Below the pieces are notes generated by a model, which did not search any database, was not told the DNA's origin, and was given only the letters and a program-made list of their open reading frames with translations. Of a stretch of 64,000 bases of DNA, positions 37,800 through 50,899 are shown in pieces; position 1 is the stretch's first letter; every line of letters begins with the position of its first letter. The position numbers and the translations under genes are program-made. The DNA comes from Felis catus (taxonomy: Eukaryota), in NCBI RefSeq assembly GCF_018350175.1, contig NC_058368.1:207702001-207766000 (forward strand), given 5' to 3'.

Positions 37800-38035
37800 A
37801 TCAGTATGTAGTGAAAAGAGATGAGACTGTAAAGTCAAATAGTTCTGGATTATAATCTTAGCTGGAATATCTAATAGGTGATTTGAGGCAAGTTATTTGA
37901 CCTTGCTTGATTCTTGGTTTCTTCATATCCAAGAGAGATAACTTCAAAGGCTTATTAAGAATATGAGAACTAGTGCTTAAAATATTCAGCACAGGAGCTG
38001 ATACTTTTGTGAGTGATGTTAACTAAATGTTAGTT
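37800..38035 (+). mobile_element. MIR
   Basis: GTAGTGAAAAGAG...GGCAAGTTATTTGACCTT...GGTTTCTTCAT. Confidence 0.65.
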
Positions 38036-39109
38036 GTCTTCCTACACTATGGAATCAAAATTATATCACATTTAAAATATTTCAGAATTGTTTTGAACAT
38101 CATAAACTTGTTAATAAGGAATTATGGTATTGAGGCTTTCATTGTTTTTGAGACTTACTATTAATTGGGTATAGTCTGAAGTAGAGTTTTTGAATATAGT
38201 TACTGTAAAGAAATAATCTGTGAGATTACCAGTAAATTAGGCCTAAGCAAAGAGTAATCTATTATGTGCAGTTAAGGTAAAATGTAATATTTTATTTTAT
38301 AGAACCTTAGAATTTTTTCTCTGACTTCAGAAAATTTCTTAGTAATAATATTTTAACTAGTCTTGCAAGCTTTTTGAGGCTCAGGAGAGTTATATGGCAC
38401 TTTGGTTTTGGTATTGGTTATTAGTGCTGTAGTTCCTTCATACATAGTATGTGTCAACTAAAAATTGTTGATGGGTTAATTTTGATCTAGTTTAGGAACT
38501 TCGTTGCAGTAGATCTCACAGTAAACAGATTGGTAATTGTTGCTTTCAGTTTTGTTCAAACAACTACTTAATTTGTGAAAGTCCCTGATATTTGCTATTG
38601 ATATCATTTAAATACTCTCTCTGTTTTGCATGCCAATATCTATTTTGAAACCAAAATGCTTCCCTTAGTCACTTCCACTGCAAGGATAGCCTGTTTTTTT
38701 TTTTTTTTTTTTTTTTTTTAATCAGTCCAGTAGTGTTATCTCTTATGCTACTGAATAACTTGAAAAGACACAGAGTATTCTTCCTGTGTACGTCCTTCTT
38801 ACTATACAGTAATTTAATCATTATGTTCAGAGTGAATTTAAGGACATGGACAAACCTGTATTCTAATGTAACTATTAGAATATAATTTATTTAAAAGTAT
38901 TGAGTTTTATATTTTTTGATTATCCAACGCTTTTACTTTTCCATTAGTAAGAAGAAAAAAATGGTCTTAGTTGCTGTTTAATACTTAGAAAAGTAGGAAG
39001 GTTATCCGAATGATGCAGATTTGAACAGTACTTTTTGTTTCCTGAGTTTTTCTAGACAGCAGATTACTTATGTTGTTTAATTGCTGACTTCAGTTAGACA
39101 AAACAAACA

Positions 39110-42100
39110 TTGAATGAATGGCCATTATATCCTAAATGCTGAATTAAGTGCTGAAGGAATGAAGATAAGGAAGATGTTATTCTTTTTAGGAGTTTACTGG
39201 AATAGACATAATAAAGTGCCTGCAATATGGAACGATGAGTTAAGTAATCAGACTGCACAAGGACTAGAAGTAGCCTTGAGAAGAAAATGATGAACTGTTT
39301 GATGGTTAGAGGATTAGAGAAGCTTCACAGAGTGGTTGACTTATAAGAATAGTGAGGAACATAGTGAAAGGAAACGTGGGCCCTCAAGAGAATATACCAC
39401 ACCTTGGGGAGGGTAAAGTCTGCGGGAAGAGGAGCTGCCTAGGAAGCTGCTGATGTAATCTAAGAAATGGTGGGAGACTAGACGAGGGTGTTGGAGACAA
39501 ATGAAGGTGAATATATTTTGAAATGCAGTTACCAACTAATTTGTTTTCTTCAGAGTTCAGACTGACTTTGGAGTTCTCTTACTTTGTGCAGAGTACTTAC
39601 ATTTCTTTGTTAAGAAGGTAGAAGCTGTCTAATGTTAATTCCGTTTTCTTCTCTCCTTTATTTATTTTTTAAGGTAATCTTTGTGCCTAACCTGGGGCTC
39701 AAATTCATGACCCTCAGATCAAGAGTTGCATGCTCTACTTACTGAGCCAACTTTTTATATTTCATACATACTTCAGTTTCCCTGAGTCAGGGAATAAAGC
39801 ATCTCTGTTCCTTTCTAAGGCTAACCTGGAAAGGCATTTTATGCTCCTGATACTGTTTCTCTAAGATTCTTTGTAGAACTAAGATCCTTTGCTTTTTCAT
39901 TTCTTCCTTCCTATTGGCTAATTTTTGTCATGTTCAGTAATCATTTCTTGTATCCTTCATGTGGGTCAGGTCCTAAACCAGGCATGGGATGGTGGTGGGA
40001 GGTGTGGAAAGATAAAGACAAAGATTACAAAACAGTTGTTTTTCGATAGGTTCTATAGAAAGAACGGTTTATCATCACTCTGTAGCTTTCTTCCTTAACA
40101 CTATAGTCTTCTAAGCACAGCTTTCCCCCTGTACTGAAAATAGGTTTTTGAAGGATGCTGGTAATCTCATGCAAAATTCATTGGCATTTTTAAGTTCCCC
40201 ATTCTATTTTAGTGCTACTACTGTATTAATAGTTTTGTTCCAGGCACTAAAATATGTTATCTCAATCCTTAATAACAGTTTGAAGTATTCTTTTTGTCCC
40301 TATAGTGGAAGATATAGCCTTTAAAATTCTGAAGGTCTGAAATTTAGGTAAGTAACTCAGTCAGGATCTTAGGGTTAGTGAGTGACTAACTGCAGATCAT
40401 GCACTTGTAGCCACCACACTGTTGCTGTTCTTGCAACTATTTCTTCACTTGACTTTTGTGAAATATTCTCCTACTTTTCCTACCTCTCATGCTGCTCCGT
40501 CTCTGTTCACTGACTGGTTTTGCAGCTCCGTAAGCAAGTGAACCCTAAGGTTCTGTCCTTGATCTTCTTGTCTCCTATAATGCTGAGTCCCTGAACAGTC
40601 TTTTCACTGATGGCTTCAAAAATCCATGAGTTGAAAAAAAAATCCAAGAGTTGAGATGGTTATGTTAACTATATTTTTATTCAGACCCTTTATCTTAAGC
40701 TTGCAAAACATATTAGCATTTTTTGTCTAGTACTCCTCTAAAAGGCCCAATGTGTAAGACTTTGCATATTCCCATTTCCCTTTCTATTTACCACCACCAT
40801 CCTTCCTAATAACCAAGCTAGAGACCTACTGCTTATTGTTCAGTTGCCATGGTCCTCCAGTTTGCTTCTGAAATATCTAATGAATCTAGTCTCTTCATAT
40901 TCCATTGTCATTGGTTTAGTTCACATCTTTATTATCTCATTTGGATGATGTAAAATCTTCTCGAACCTTTTTTCACTTTCTCTACTATATGATCGCCAAG
41001 ATTATTTTTCTGAAATATAGATCTGATCTTATCATCATTCCCTTAAGTAAAAAACAAAAACAAACAAACAAAAAACCACTTACACTTCACTGCCTCATTT
41101 TTGCTCACAGAATCAAGTCCAGATTTCTTAGCTTGGCATTGAAGGCCTTTTATGATTTATTTCAGAATTGTTATCTTCTGTACTGTCTTAATCGTATTAT
41201 TCTGTCAACCTCTGTGCATAGTTTATCTGTTGTAATACACTCTCTTCCTTCTTTACACACAGTGCTTCTCAAAGAGGATGAGAGTTTGCTACTCTAAAGC
41301 ACCTTCCTCCCCATTCTTGTTCTTTCCCTGTGCAGATAGTGTTATACCCCTGGTTGAGAATCTGCTTTAGTCAAAAATAATTTATTCCTTGTACTTGGCA
41401 TACAGTTCTATTGACTTGACCTTGGGTAGGTTGTTTCCTCTGCCTAGAATTTCATTTTCAGCACTCTTTATTGAAATCCTAATTTTTTAAGGTCTGGGTC
41501 ACGTGCTACTGCTAAAAATCATTCCAGTGGGAATTCATTGCTTCCTCCTCTACTTTGCCACATCTGTGTTTATTCCTTTCTAAATATCTCTTCCCATTGC
41601 CTTAAGTTCTTTGTCCACTTGTTCCCTCACCAGATCTTAAGCTTTCCCAGCATCTATCATATAATAATAACTGAAGTATTTATTGAATGGCAGAATGGAG
41701 AGAGGGATGGGAAATGGAGTAGTACCGTATTAAGGAGAGTAGAAGTAAAAACATTTTAAGTTTGTAGTCCTGAGGAACAGTGAGATTGAGGGTGCCATGA
41801 AATGAAGAAACTCATTTTGGAGGGATGATAATGAGTTCAGCTTTACACTTGAATATCAGGTGATTAAGTCTATGAAAGATGTATAAAAGGTAGCTGTGAG
41901 TACCAGAATGGTTCTGAAGTTGTGATCTGATTGTTTCCTGCATAGGTCATTGAGAGAAGAAGAATGTAAATGTAGTTAGAGCTAAAGACTTGAGTATTAG
42001 AGGATGAGCTGATGAGAGTGTCTGTCATAGTGTAGGAGTCAATGACAAAAAGGTGGCCAACAGAAGAGAAGAAAACTAGCAAGACTATGATCTCTGAAGC

Positions 42101-42120
42101 CAAGAGGAGAGTTTTGGTTG
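39110..42120. mobile_element. Cluster of old L2 and MIR fragments in both orientations
   Basis: L2 hallmarks such as AGAATCAAGTCCAGATTTCTTAGCTTGGCATTGAAGGCC, TATTTATTGAATG and GATAATGAGTTCAGCTTT. Confidence 0.55.
39657..39750 (-). mobile_element. Short CAN-SINE
   Basis: GTAATCT...GGGGCTCAAATTCATGACCCTCAGATCAAGAGTTGCATGCTCTAC...CTGAGCCA. Confidence 0.85.
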
Positions 42121-42428
42121 AAGAGGCAGTGAAACTGTGGCATTGAAGTTGACGTCTGGAATACTCAGTTTTACTTAATCTGAGGATATTGGCTTGCTAT
42201 TTAACCTCTCTGGGCTTCAGTTTCCTGAATTTCTAAAACGCATACTAAGTTACATGTTTAATAGTGTCACTTCCGTCTTTGTGATTCTTAGCTATCACGT
42301 TTCTGGGATATTGAAAGGTTAAAAGAAAGCATTACAGCCTTGTTAAATCATTGTGAGAAGTATTCCCATGAACGGCAATGAATACATGTAGGAGTGATGG
42401 TATTTCATAGCACTTTAAATGTAAATTA

Positions 42429-42855
42429 TAGTCAACTCTCAATTTCCTTTTAAGTGATCATCTGCAGTGACTTGCCTCCTCCCCCTCCCAGGTCTCAGGC
42501 TACTGAAAATAGGGCTGTGAAAAGCACAGTGGGGTGAGTGAATGGTTTGCATGCCTGTGTATCTGTACCTCTGACTATCACCAAGCTAAATACAGTCCAC
42601 TCTCATTTACCTGCACTTAATAAAAAGGTGAATAATGATGGAAGAGTGCTAAATTACATAATCTAAATAGCATTATTTATATGTGGTTTGGGAAGATTTT
42701 GTATGCTTTCCTCCCCTGCAGTAGATTGGTGTGTCTTTTATGTGAATGATTAGCATCAATTTTTATTTCCTGAGCAAATACTATTAGAATAGCAAACATA
42801 AATAGGCTAAAATATATATTAGGTAATCCACATATGAATAATTGAGAGTTGACTG
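42429..42855. mobile_element. TcMar-Tigger-type non-autonomous element
   Basis: Terminal inverted repeats (T)AGTCAACTCTCAATT at 42429-42444 and AATTGAGAGTTGACTG at 42840-42855 (15/16 match); TA on the left flank. Confidence 0.75.
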
Positions 42856-44487
42856 TTAATGCTTTTTGGATCATCCATTGTTTTGTATTATCTGTGCTTT
42901 TTTGTTAGTGTGGCCAGGTTAAAACTGATGAGCTACTTTTATTTTATTTCTGCAATGAATATACTTTAAATATTATGCAGATGCCAAACTAAGTTGAAAA
43001 TAATTGTGTAAAACTAGCTAAATATATGTCCAAAGTCACAGGATTGAAAGAGAACCTAAACCTAAGTACATTCTTAAAATTCATTCTTATTATTAAGTCT
43101 GGTCCAGACAGATTGCATAAACTGAGCAGAGCACCTGGTAATGATGAAATTTCTATAAAGTACAATGAAATTGAGGATATGCTGAGACTTCAAAATATCT
43201 TATTTATGGATTCAGTTGAGTTTATTAAGAAATACAAAAATAGTTTTTTAATTACCTGGATTTTTAAAAATTTGGCTCTTTTAATTACTTGGCCATTTTT
43301 TACCCCACTATGTTGAAGATTTAGATTTATAGTGGTTTGTTAATGTCAGTCAGCATATTTTTGATCAGTATATTATATAATTGTGTTAGTAAGTGTTACC
43401 GTGAATCAGGAAGGCCAATTCTTGGCTTCAAGTTTATATTACGTTTGGGATATACCTATATCAGGGCATAATATAAGATAATAATATTTGAAGAGCCTGT
43501 CGGTTGTCCTTATAAAGGAATCAGAATCTGGAGGAATTCAGAAAAAAATGGGAGACAGGTAAGGAATAGCTTAGAGGAAAGACCTCACAATAGTCTTGAC
43601 ACCTATAAGACCTTTGCTTAAAAGGGTAGCATTTGAATAGGTAGAACTTTGGATCAGTGTTTTAAAAATTGTAACTTAATTTTGTGAACTAACACATTCC
43701 TGGAATATTATTCAGTATTTGAAGGTAATGTTGAGAAAAAGTTGGTGATGAGTTCTGTATGTAAATGTCTTAATTATTCAAGATTGATTACATTTCAAAG
43801 TAGGGCTCTTTTGACTTTGAAGGTAGTTTGGGACTGGACTGAGAGCTTATAGGCATATTGTGAAATAATTGTGTGCTTGTGACTATGAGTATATAAATGC
43901 TTGGCTGTTATTCTAAATCCAAATATAAATGATATTTTTTCTTCCATTGTTTTGTAGTATATGTGTTTCCTTTCCCCATCGTTAATTAATACTGCATGTT
44001 CAAAGGGCTCTGTAAATTTGTTACCAAACTTCTAGATGTATGCAATATGGAGATAGAGATTATAAATGAGATGGGTATTATTTTCGTTATTTTCCACACT
44101 AAAATGACCATTTTTTTGATCTCAGAATTAAACGTTTGGCCTTACAGTGAGATAGAATATTTGAAATTAAAATCATTCTGAAAAGCGTGGAATGTTTCAT
44201 TGCTAAATCCAGACACCCTACCCAGGCCTCTAGTTATTTGGGTAAAGGGTGTACTGGGGAAATTATTGCTTTTACTAAAGCAGCAAAATGAGAGTTGAAT
44301 TGCCACTTGCAGGGATTTTAGTAGTTTTGTTCAGAATCTAGTGTAATTTCATGTGTTTCTTGTAATGAATAAAGAGTGAAGAGACATAGAGCTGTAAACG
44401 AAGAAGACTACCAAGTAATTTACTTTCAGTTACTTAGAAGGAACAACTTACCAGATAAAAGTGTATTTAACTGCTTTTAGATGCTTT

Positions 44488-44548
44488 TATATGTATATAC
44501 GTATATGTATATATATGTATACATATGTATATATATACACACACATAT
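44488..44548. repeat. Mixed (TA)/(TATG)/(CA) low-complexity repeat
   Basis: Seen directly in the sequence. Confidence 0.8.
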
Positions 44549-46211
44549 GTAGTTTCATACTTTGAGAAATCACATCTTAAGATAGTATACTAATTATTTC
44601 CATGCTTAATGTTCATCCCTCATATACTAAAACTTTTAATTGCCCTGGTTTTTCTCCACTCATAATTCTGTGTAATACACTCCCTAAACTTCACCACACC
44701 ACTACCGTCACCACCAGCCCCCTCCCCCAAGGGAAAAAAAAAAAAAAAAGAGAGAGAGAGAGAGAAAGGAAAAAGAAAAAAAACTGAGGGGAATAGAGTT
44801 GCAGAAAGAGAGAAGACTCCAGTGGTTGGAGGTAGGTGAGCTGTGAACTCTTAACATTTAGCTATATGGCAGTTTCTGTGTGTGTGACCAGGTGGCTGGT
44901 AGAATATTGTGGAACATTTTATTTACATATGTTGTGGACAAGTTTTTAATCATATCTGTCACATGATTAGTATAAAATCATGATAATGGACTATTTGAAT
45001 ACAAATAGCTGTTTTCTACTTTGTTTAATTTGAATGACTTGTGGTTTTATTTTATTGCTGTAGCTTGTATTTCCAATGTTATTTTTGAATGGCATACATA
45101 ACTTGGTCCAAACAGGTCAGATTAATTCTTCTGTAAGATTTCGTGAGTCATATGAGGATAATTCTCAACATCAGTTTTTACAGCTTTTTAGTGAGTTAAA
45201 TTTTAGATTAGCATAGCCTTAAAAATGTTTAAATCACTTTATGTATTTTAATAAGAACCTTAAAATAGCCTTTTTCTCCTTTGTCATGGGAGAATTCAGT
45301 GTTCTATGTACATGTTTCAGCGTTGTTTTGAATATAGAAATATACATTATTGGAAGAGATATACATTAATGGAAGAAATTTAAAAGGATGCTGATTATGC
45401 TTCAAAAGGAAATAATAAAGGAGAAGAGTAAGGGATTTGGATAAACTGTAGCAGTTGTCTTTTCTTCTTGTTATTATTCTTCTAATAGTTGTTTTATTTT
45501 AAAAGTTTAGACTTATTTTTGAGTTCTAGGAAAAAAAATTTCATTTATATCAGTAATTGTTTCTATATTGTAAAGGTACGGTAGAGAAAAAGTGTAATTA
45601 TTTTTAAAATAAGTAATGAGAGTAAATGTTCACTTGGGGTACTGGAATATGAGTGGATTTGGGGGAGGTGTGTGTATATACACATTATGTTTATTTTAAC
45701 TATATTGGAAGCTACTTTTATTTTATTAGCTCTCTCTCATTCAAAATAGGAATCTTCTCTCTGCTATCTGACAAATGTCATCCATCATTATTCAAACCTT
45801 TCACTTATAGGTATCTTATTCAGTGTTGTTTATTTCTTTGCTGAGCAGCCATGTTTGTTAATGAAATTCTTATGAAATTAGCCAAAATTTAATAAAGGAA
45901 TCGTTTTTCAGTGATCGATCCTAGTTCCTTCATTTTTTATTTTCTAAGTATTTACACATAAAAGTAGTAGGTGTACTCAGGTTGGATGCTGCCATGCGCT
46001 ATTAGACTCTTAACTCTTTTCTGTGATACAGGCCAATCACCAAGTACTAATGAGTACTGCTTGTGTGTCCAGCATTGTGCTGGTTGCTAGATTTTTAAGA
46101 CATGGTCTTTGATTACAAAAAAAAATAGCCACCACCATATTTGGAACTTTACTATATGCTAGAAACTGTTAAAAACATTACTTAAATTATCTAATGTAGT
46201 CTTCCTACAGT

Positions 46212-46674
46212 TCTTTTTTTTTTTAATTTTTTAATGTTTCTTTTTTTTTTTTTAATTTTTTTTTTCAACGTTTATTTATTTTTGGGACAGAGAGAGACAG
46301 AGCATGAACGGGGGAGGGGCAGAGAGAGAGGGAGACACAGAATCGGAAACAGGCTCCAGGCTCTGAGCCATCAGCCCAGAGCCTGACACGGGGCTCGAAC
46401 TCACGGACCGCGAGATCGTGACCTGGCTGAAGTCGGACGCTCAACCGACTGCGCCACCCAGGCGCCCCTGTTTATTTCTTTTTGAGAGAGATAGACAGAC
46501 AGACAGACTGGAGCGGGGGAGGAGCAGAGAGAGAGGGGGACACAGAATCCGAAGCAGGATCCAGGCTCTGAGCTGTCAGCACGGAGCCCAATGCCGGGCT
46601 GGAACACAGGGACTGGGAGATTATGACCTGAGCCAAAGTTGGACGTTCAACCGGCTAAGCTACCCAGGCGCCCC
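46212..46674 (-). mobile_element. CAN-SINE dimer: young copy (46241-46468) in the tail of an older copy, all within a MIR
   Basis: Outer TSD TAGTCTTCCTACA at 46197-46209 and 46675-46687; MIR-like flanks. Confidence 0.93.
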
Positions 46675-47654
46675 TAGTCTTCCTACATTTCTAAAACGTA
46701 TCTCTTAATATCCTTATATCACTGATGAAGAAAGTGGGGCCCAGAGGATGCCTAACTAGCCCCACCCAGGTCATAACTGCCAGTAAAAGAGAGAGGTAGG
46801 ATTCAGATCCCATTCACTATTTTTGATTCTAAAACCTATGCATTTAACCCTTTATAATCTTTTTAAAAACAAGGACAATAGAAGATAAATGATATTACTG
46901 GAATAACTAGTGACTAAATAAGTATGCTATATATTGTAGTAATGTCAATTTGGAGCCCTCAAGCAGGCTGTTGGCTGAGCTCTAAAATGTACATTTTAAC
47001 CATTTTGGATAAAATTATTTCTGTAACTATTATGTACTTCTCCCCTTTCTTAAGAAGGATATATCAACTATATTTTAACTTTTTATCTTTAGCTGGGGTC
47101 ATCATAATGAATGTCGATTATTGTGTGGGAGGTGGAGGGGGCAATTTATTAATACCTTGTATGACATTGGACTGCTCTTTTTGATCTTATGTGCTGTGTC
47201 CTTGTACTCAGCTATCACTTTACATTGCAACTATCATTCTTACATTTAGCAGTTCTTTATTTTTTTTACTTTTACAGTGTTGTAAAATAGAAACTAACTG
47301 GAGTTATTAATATTATATGGAAAACAAATATAAATATGTTGTGATTATGAAGAATTAAGGAGCCCTACTGACAATAATATATGTTACCTGTAATGACTAA
47401 ACCTGTTGAAGATACATACTTTGAGTCTTTATTGCCATTTTTCGGAGTGCTTACTTTTACATGCCGATTGTTTTCCAGATAGCATTGCCTCATAGCATGG
47501 TTTAAAGCAGGTAAGGTATGACTTGATAGAGTTAGAATATATGTATACAATATGGATGGTAGGATTATATAAAGATAGACATTAAGGTACAAAATATGAC
47601 TAATATGAACAAAATAACATTAAATAATGTGCTAATTGCATAATATAGAGACAT

Positions 47655-47860
47655 TCTAGCTCTGTAGCTAAGAACATGGCCTTTAGAGTCAGACAGATCT
47701 GGATTTGAATCTTGATCCTGCCTCTTAGAAGTTTTTTTGAGTTTGGACAAGTTGCCATCTCTGAGCATGTTTTCTCATCTCTGCTGGAATAACACTTATT
47801 TGAGAAATGAATGAAATGTTTATAAAATATTTACTATAATTTTGGCACATAGATATAAAT
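47655..47860 (+). mobile_element. MIR
   Basis: GCCTTTAGAGTCAGACAGATCTGGATTTGAATCTT...TTGGACAAGTT...TCTCTGAGC. Confidence 0.75.
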
Positions 47861-48227
47861 AAATAGATATTGGGTGTTCTTTAGTGGTAATTTAAAGCAG
47901 GGGAGATGAGAGAAGGGAGAGAGAGGTATGAGCTGGGAAAAAAATAAAAGAAAGTGGGACACTGTTACAGCTTTGAATGAGCAGGATGTGGTTAAATCAA
48001 GAGGAATGGAGTGTGAATAAAGACATTAAAAATTTTACTGAGAGATGAATAAGGATATAGAATTTTAGTATTTATACTGGATTTGTAAAGTAGGGGTAAG
48101 TTATTGAGGGCCTTGAAAACTACATGGAGATGTTAGACCCTCTTTTTACATGTTAAAATGCCTAATATATTGAGAGCAGTAAATATTACTAAATTTTTTA
48201 GTTTATTTTTTGAAAAACTTTTAGGGT

Positions 48228-48441
48228 TTTTTTTTTTTTTTTGCGAGAGAGAGAGAAAGAGAGAAAGACAAAGTATGAACAGGGGGAGGGGCAGAAAGAG
48301 AGGGAGACAGACCATCAGAAGCAGGCTGCAGGCTCTGAGCTGCCAGCACAGAGCCCAACGCGCAGCTCAGACTCATAAACCATGAGATCATGACTTGGGC
48401 TGAAGTCAAGTACTTAACTGACTGAGCCACCCAGGCGCCCC
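48228..48441 (-). mobile_element. CAN-SINE
   Basis: Ends GAGCCACCCAGGCGCCCC. Confidence 0.94.
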
Positions 48442-48479
48442 TGCTTTTTATTTAAAGAAAACACGGATCTAAAAAATGT

Positions 48480-48715
48480 TTGTCATAATTGTATAGTCCA
48501 GTACATTTTGACAAATTGAACATATGGATGATCAGAACCCCAATCAAGAATCAGAATATTGCAGTACCTCTGAAGCTCTCATTGTGTCTCTTTCCAGGCA
48601 CTACTTCCCCCCATGAAGGATACCACTATTTTGACTTCTAACACCATAGACTAGTTTTGCCTGTTTCTGAACTTTCTGTAATACATCCATACAGTATGTA
48701 CTCTTGTATCTGATT
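48480..48715 (-). mobile_element. Old L1M 3' UTR fragment
   Basis: CCACTATTTTGACTTCTAACACCATAGACTAGTTTTGCCTGTTTCTGAACTT. Confidence 0.7.
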
Positions 48716-50549
48716 TCATATGCCCAGTGATCAGTGGGCATATGATGGTGTTACATCACCATGTTGTATATAAAGTGTATATCAGGTATGTCATGATGTG
48801 GATGGATTCTTTCCTTTTGAAAGGGGAGTGGATTTATGTGAGTGGACAGGGTTTGGAATAATGAGATTAATTCCAACTTTCCTTAGAAAATTAAAATCAT
48901 TTTCTGAATATCTCAGTCTTTTGCCTCTTTAGACTGACTTTTTGCTTCAGTAGTTTGTAGCCAGTTAACACATAGGTGAATTTTTTGTGTTTTGCTTTTT
49001 TCTTAAGGATTATTCTAAGAAAAAGTATAATCAGATCAAAATAAGCTGCTCAAAGCTACAGGTTAGAAAAAAATTTGGAAAAATTAGAATTTCAACTCAA
49101 TAAAAGTTTTGCATTGACCTAATAAAATTGGTGGGATGATTACTGAAATTGGTTTGGTATTTCTACAGGGAAAAAGGGAGGATAGTAAACACTTTTTGGT
49201 CCTCACTTCAGTAATATTCTTATATGGAAATATCAGTGTGTTAATGTGTTAGATTTACAACATGCGGTTTCAGGTATTCATCAAAGTTGACAAGTTGTTA
49301 GAGAACGCAATAGAGAGATGCTTCTTCAAAGAGCATAAGTGTTTAAATGTCTTTTCTGATTCTCTTTCTTAAGAGCTCAAAAGAGACCCTTAGAACTCTG
49401 TCTGATTCTTCTCCAGGTTTCCCACATGAAGGAGCAATAATGTGATTGAATTTTTTAGTAGATTTATTAGAACTTGATGAGACTAAGTGAGAATGTCTAG
49501 GACCTACCTCACTGACAGTTATAAAGTGTCTTTATGTGATTGTTTTTCTGTCTTTCCCTTAGTATTTTTCAGTTTCTCTCACTGGTTTCTGTTTCTTTTT
49601 CTATTTCTAGTCTTTCTTCTGGTGACTCTTTAATGTAATAGGACATGCCATAGTAATGGACTTTTTTTTTTTTTTTTTTTTGCTGTATCTGATAGTGTTT
49701 TATGTTCTTTGCTTTAAAATAAATTTTAATTGTTAAAGAAGTTTTTGTTTTTGTTTTTACTTAATCCTTCATTAGATTTTGGGGATTATTTTCCCCTGAG
49801 AGTTGGTGATGCTTTGATAGAAAAAAATTTCACTGCTCATCTCTTGATGCTTGTCTCCAAGAAATTAGAACTGAGTATTGCATAGGAAATTGATTAAACA
49901 TTTGAAAGCAACTTAGCAATATGTGCTAAGCATAGGTTAGTAGAATAAAGAACATTTTACTTATTTCAGTATGCAAGAACAAGAGTAAATGTGAAAGTGA
50001 AACAAGTGTTCACTATACTGGAGGTGGAGAAGTTTCTGATAAAGTGCATTTTCTAAATGTTGATAATTTAAAAAATATTAGTATTCACTTTCTTTTAAAT
50101 ATTCAAAATGTTTTAAATTTTCACGTATCTACTCTGGAAGTATGGAAAACAATGAGTTTGGAATTCCCTGAAGGCAGGAACATTTAATAGCCTTGGAAGA
50201 TCCTTGCTGATTCTGAATCTAGACTGTTTAGTTCACTGAGTGTGGATTATTTGCTATCAGAAGAATACTTGATTTTAATGGTCAGTTGTGAGTGATTGTT
50301 TGATTCTATCAATTAAGAATGACAAAATGCAGTAAATCTATATTTTTAGCCATGTTTTTCAGGATTATGTTACTGCTCTTGTACATAGGGTACATCATTT
50401 ATTTTCCAACTGTTTTAAATGATTTTTCCTAGAATAGAACTGAAGTAATACAGTAAACTGTTGGCTGTCCAGCACGATCAGAGCTTGATCTAAAATGATT
50501 ATTAAAACATTACAAAATGTGAAGTTATCAAATAATGTGTTGGTTTAGC

Positions 50550-50790
50550 AGATAATCTAAAAATCACATACTTTGAAGTAGATGTTTCCTTTAAGCAGTC
50601 CCCTTGGAAGAATATATACTTGTTCTAGTGATGATGTCACTGTTCAAAACATTTTAAGAATTCTGCTTCTGAAGATTGCTAAAACTTATAATATAGTCCT
50701 TTAAATTGCTATTTGATTTATCCTTTGGGGATGAATTGGAGGTTGGGAACTGATCAACTATAAATTGGGCTCAAACAAAATGGGGATTCA
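50550..50790. mobile_element. MARNA-like mariner remnant
   Basis: AGTCCCCTTGGAAGAATATATACTTGTTCTAGTGATGATGTCACTGTTCAAAACATTTT resembles MARNA. Confidence 0.6.
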
Positions 50791-50899
50791 TTAATACATT
50801 GATTTTTTTTTTTTTTTCACTAATTTGGGAAGAAGTCACTGATCACTTGCTATATTCTCAGCACTGTATTAAATACTGGAATGTGTATGACAAGAAAAT

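Noticed and set aside
40345..40353. TAG|GTAAGT as a second recursive splice site
   Set aside because: It lies within a MIR and lacks a polypyrimidine tract.
49008..49061. 54-nt pseudo-exon (TTAAG|...CAG|GTTAGA)
   Set aside because: Both splice sites are weak, and such matches are common in long AT-rich introns.
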